Assembly (NCBI GenBank): GCA_038831915.1
Contig: JAWBKB010000012.1
Coordinates: 1-50,099, forward strand
Source of the DNA: Candidatus Caldarchaeum sp.
GTDB lineage: Archaea; Thermoproteota; Nitrososphaeria_A; Caldarchaeales; Caldarchaeaceae
Length of the DNA stretch: 50,099 nt
Reading direction: 5' to 3'
The notes under the pieces are model-generated. The model ran no database searches. It was given only the letters and a program-made list of their open reading frames with translations, and was not told the DNA's origin. A program made the position numbers and the translations under genes. Positions 46,706 through 50,099 of the stretch are shown piece after piece; positions within the stretch are counted from its first letter, which is position 1, and each line of letters begins with the position of its first letter.

Positions 46706-49213
46706 ATGCTGAAACTGCTTATTCCCGTGATGTTCCTGTTGTTACTTATTCCGGTTTTCGCAGTAGACCCTATTCCACCAGGCACTCCCCATGGCAGAGT
46801 TTACGTGCGTGTTACAGACTGCGTGACAGGAAACCTCGTTGTCGGAGCATCGGTCAGTCTGGACAACCCAACTCACAGGCAGAGCTCTGTCACTAACTCA
46901 ACGGGCGTGGCCACCCTTGACACCTTCGCCTGGTTCTACACCTACTATGTTAACGCGCCTAGCTACCGAATCGAATCAGGCGTCAGAAGATTCTCAATCG
47001 GCGAGGTGTTTCAAATCTGTCTGGTTCCAGAGGCGGCTGGGTTTTGGAGAATTGTAGCTACTGTGATCGCTTGGCAGGGCGATATACATGCGGGTGGAAA
47101 AGGATGGGCAATCATCAGGTTGAAAAACCTTGAAGCAGGAATTTTCAATATCACCGAATTTCAGATATGGGTTGATGGATACAACTCTCCAGCGATAACG
47201 TACACTGTTCCACGTGGGGTAGTCGTTGGAAGACTCGTCGAAAGGGATGTCAACATTACCGTTAACCCGAAGCCGGATATTCCCGTAGGCAGGTTGAAAG
47301 CCGAACTCAAATTTAGGGCGGTTTTCACCGCCGAAGACGGAAGAAAAATCGGGCCTTTAACTGTTTCAACTGATCTTGACTATGTCGTGATCGCTCCCTA
47401 CCGAACTTTCACATTGAAGATTACGGATTACTGGGGGTTAAATCCGGTGCCCGATGCATTAGTGGAGATGCAGGCAACCTTGGCGGGAGCCCCCGCTACA
47501 TTCCTTTATCGTTCGAACGAGAAAGGTGAGATTGAGATTCAACGCATGAGCGAAGGCGTCTACTTTATGAGGATTTTTTACTTGTCACCTTACGACGATC
47601 GAGTCCACCTCATAAACCAACTTTTCCCGCTTCTCGCAGACTTGGCGAAAACACCTACCGTGAAAACATACGTATACGAAGCACACGTGAACGTCAAGGA
47701 TTTGGCCAACCGTGCCCTAGAAACCGAGGTTTACCTTAACAACTTCAAGGCGTCATCGATGAACGGTCTAGCGAAATTCTTCAACATTCCACCGGGAGAC
47801 TACACAGTAAAAGTCGAATGGCGCGGAGTAGAAGTTTTCGAAGGTAGTTTAACTGTGCGAGAGCCGCTCGTCAAAAACAGTCCCGGTGGATTTCTTGAAG
47901 CCGTCGCTCAGGTCGGAAACATAGGGGTTCGCGTTGTCAACGCAGCGGGAAAGCCGTTTGACCTTCGGCTCAAAATATCACTCAAACCTTTCGGCGGCAT
48001 GATCGAAAACGTGACTTCGGCCGTTTTCGAAAGACTACCGAAGGGAGATTACGTACTGGAAATTCAAGCATACAATCTCTTCAAAGACCAGTACGTCGTT
48101 GTCGGGGAAAAGACTCTAAGAATTCCGGAAAATCACGGCGAAAACGTTGTGGCCGTTGACGTGTTTGACCTGGATGTTCAGATTCTGGATTACGCGGGAC
48201 GTAAACTCGAAAATGCATCGGTCACCGTTGAGGGAAAACAGGTTCCCCTTAGAGATGGGAAAATCAGTCTTAAAAGCATCACTGCAGGCGCTTACGGAAT
48301 CGAAGCGGTTTGGAAAGGCTTCAAAGTGTTGAACACCGTCGTTGTCTTCAGGTCTGGAACAAACCCCGTACTGAGGGCTGACATCTATGCGATGCAGGTC
48401 AACGTCGTGGGAATTGATGGACACGCGCTGGTTAAAGGAACAGCCGTTCTCCAAATTGGGCAAATGTCGGTTGAACGCACCGTCGTTAATGGAAGCGTGT
48501 ATTTTGAAGAAGTACCCGCTGGCCGTCACAAACTATCCATCTATCTCGACCAAGCTGAAGTTTTTTCGGAAGATGTTCAGACTGCTGAGAAAACCATCGT
48601 CGTCGCCAAGGCTGGCTATGTCGAGATTTCGGTCAAAGACCAGAGCAATAACCCGGTTGCCGGAGTGTCATTTGAGATAGAAAAAGAAGGTGCAAAAGTT
48701 ACGGGCGCGGACGGAAAGGTGAGGCTTGGACAGAAACCAGCGGGTTCCTACAAATATTCGGCGAAATACAAAGGATTCACCGTGTTTCAGGGGCTTGCCA
48801 AATCCGGTGAAACCACTGAAGTTGTTCTGCCGCTTTACGTGTTTAAGGTGGTGCTTCTAAATGAATTCGATAGGCCAGTCGATGGATGGGTTGAAGTATC
48901 CCGAGATGACGTCTTGGTTGGAAAGTTTTTCGGCTCAGAGGTCACTTATGTTTCGATGCCGCCTGGGATGTACACCGTCAGAGCATTGGTGGGAACCAAG
49001 AACGTCGAAACAAGAGCCGTCCTGGCTTCCGATGGACAGACATTTGTAGTCAAACTACCCGTAGCACTCGTTTTGGGGGATTTGGTTTTATCACTTCAAG
49101 ACCTGTTCACAATTCTTCTGCCTATCGGCGTTGTCATTTTGGCCGTTGTTTCCGCGGTTGCATTAAAGAAAACAACTTCCATCGCACGTTCAAGTCATAA
49201 AGGACGGGTCTAG
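46706..49213 (+). CDS. Cell-surface protein with tandem carboxypeptidase-regulatory/Cna-B-like beta-sandwich repeats
   Basis: Signal peptide; recurring V.D..G.P/L...G.Y.V.V units; C-terminal TM helix and basic tail. Confidence 0.75.
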   Translation: MLKLLIPVMFLLLLIPVFAVDPIPPGTPHGRVYVRVTDCVTGNLVVGASVSLDNPTHRQSSVTNSTGVATLDTFAWFYTYYVNAPSYRIESGVRRFSIGEVFQICLVPEAAGFWRIVATVIAWQGDIHAGGKGWAIIRLKNLEAGIFNITEFQIWVDGYNSPAITYTVPRGVVVGRLVERDVNITVNPKPDIPVGRLKAELKFRAVFTAEDGRKIGPLTVSTDLDYVVIAPYRTFTLKITDYWGLNPVPDALVEMQATLAGAPATFLYRSNEKGEIEIQRMSEGVYFMRIFYLSPYDDRVHLINQLFPLLADLAKTPTVKTYVYEAHVNVKDLANRALETEVYLNNFKASSMNGLAKFFNIPPGDYTVKVEWRGVEVFEGSLTVREPLVKNSPGGFLEAVAQVGNIGVRVVNAAGKPFDLRLKISLKPFGGMIENVTSAVFERLPKGDYVLEIQAYNLFKDQYVVVGEKTLRIPENHGENVVAVDVFDLDVQILDYAGRKLENASVTVEGKQVPLRDGKISLKSITAGAYGIEAVWKGFKVLNTVVVFRSGTNPVLRADIYAMQVNVVGIDGHALVKGTAVLQIGQMSVERTVVNGSVYFEEVPAGRHKLSIYLDQAEVFSEDVQTAEKTIVVAKAGYVEISVKDQSNNPVAGVSFEIEKEGAKVTGADGKVRLGQKPAGSYKYSAKYKGFTVFQGLAKSGETTEVVLPLYVFKVVLLNEFDRPVDGWVEVSRDDVLVGKFFGSEVTYVSMPPGMYTVRALVGTKNVETRAVLASDGQTFVVKLPVALVLGDLVLSLQDLFTILLPIGVVILAVVSAVALKKTTSIARSSHKGRV

Positions 49214-49288
49214 CATGACAGGAGCAGCTTAATTCGAGTTATTCATAGTGATTGCAATAGTGGAACTAACAGTGGTTTTCGCAAATTT

Positions 49289-49636
49289 TTGGAAGCCGCT
49301 GATTACGCGGAAAACTTTTTTCTCGTCATCGATGATTTAAGCACTCTTCTCGCCTATGTTCCTTCTGAAAACGCGTTCAAATTTTATCAGGCGATTGCAT
49401 CAGATATCAGAAGAAGTGCTGCGACGTGCATCGCGGTGATAGTGCCGGAAATTCTAAAACAGAAGCTGACCAACCTTCTTTACTCCCTCTCTGAAGGCGT
49501 GGTCGAAATGACGATGGAAGAAATGGGAGGAAACTTACGGCGCTTTCTAGGCATCAGGTTTCTCCGCGGCGTCCGCCATCCAACCGAATGGAGCGAATAC
49601 ATTACAGGAATACGTGCTTTGGAACTTATCGAATAG
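49289..49636 (+). pseudogene. C-terminal portion of a RecA/KaiC-like (RAD55-type) ATPase
   Basis: Walker B-like LVIDDLSTL, SEGVVEM, RRFLGIRFLRG; no Walker A. Could alternatively be a genuine short inactive domain. Confidence 0.5.
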
Positions 49637-49769
49637 CTTCTCATAAACGAGATTTAGTTCAATTCTGACACCAAACACGTCGTCAACGACCCGTCTACAT
49701 CACTTTAGTGAAGCCAGCCTCGATTTAACACCATTCATAAATACCTCCCACAACATGTAGAAAAACACG

Positions 49770-49874
49770 GGGGCCGTGGTCTAGCTTGGTCTAAGACTCC
49801 AGCCTGGGGCGCTGGCAATCTTCGGAGACATGCTCCGAAAGGCCGATTCCTGGGTTCAAATCCCAGCGGCCCCA
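49770..49874 (+). tRNA. tRNA-Pro(GGG) with 29-nt non-canonical intron (49819-49847, position 46/47)
   Basis: GGGGCCG/CGGCCCCA acceptor, CCAGC-CTGGGGC-GCTGG anticodon arm, CTGGG-TTCAAAT-CCCAG T arm. The insert forms a relaxed BHB (TGGC/GCCG helix) with inner hairpin TTCGGAG/CTCCGAA. Confidence 0.93.
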
Positions 49875-49900
49875 CGCTTATCATAATATTAGATGGTTGA

Positions 49901-49931
49901 TTTGTTTTTCTTTTTTCTTGGGTTTTTTCTT
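49901..49931 (+). terminator. Oligo-T terminator downstream of tRNA-Pro(GGG)
   Basis: Long T-rich tract about 25-55 nt after the tRNA. Confidence 0.55.
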
Positions 49932-50099
49932 AATAAGGTGTGGCACTGTCAACTTTTGCTTAAGTCTTTCTCGGAATGGTTATGGCCTGGGCTGTTCCCC
50001 TATCGGCTGTGCATGTCTTCGACTGCTTGGTTGAGCGTTTCTCCAGCCTCTTCATAGTTCTTCTGAGAAGGCTTAGCTTTAGGGATGTGTCTGAGAGGT

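Noticed and set aside
933-49049. Numerous short antisense or nested ORFs in the six-frame track (e.g. 8570-9301, 31985-32620)
   Set aside because: They overlap well-supported genes and have no recognisable motifs; treated as shadow ORFs.
89-49874. The two tRNA-Pro genes as att sites bounding a 50-kb island
   Set aside because: They are inverted, complete, different isoacceptors, and the interval contains core genes (pyrB, rps12, rtcB, thrC).

Overview
Archaeal chromosomal window. Evidence: tRNA genes with bulge-helix-bulge (BHB) introns and no encoded CCA, archaeal-type uS12, RtcB, GAPN, ADP-forming acyl-CoA synthetase and TATA-type promoters. A thermophilic TACK lineage such as Caldarchaeales/'Aigarchaeota' is plausible but is inference only. 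0.1-33 kb is gene-dense metabolic DNA: acdAB divergent from a 2-oxoacid:ferredoxin oxidoreductase operon; a peptide-type ABC transporter wrapped around DUF1177, racemase and DUF917 genes, with AroM and a NicX/M29-like gene next to it; pyrB, cytochrome b, moaA, rps12; and a nucleoside uptake/catabolism cluster with two BtpA/SgcQ paralogs. About 33-41.9 kb is a decaying accessory region around tRNA-iMet: pseudogenes, a heptad-repeat/PD-(D/E)XK protein, a displaced duplicate 5' half of the tRNA, and a free-standing HTH-LAGLIDADG endonuclease. The endonuclease is preceded by hairpins at 25-nt period and a ~230-nt GC-rich fold, and is enclosed by a perfect 12-bp inverted repeat. That RNA/endonuclease module is the best candidate for an undescribed system. 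42-50 kb returns to core genes (gapN, rtcB, thrC, a surface protein). Two tRNA-Pro genes with non-canonical introns sit at the window ends. All calls come from reading motifs by eye; no searches or folding programs were run.
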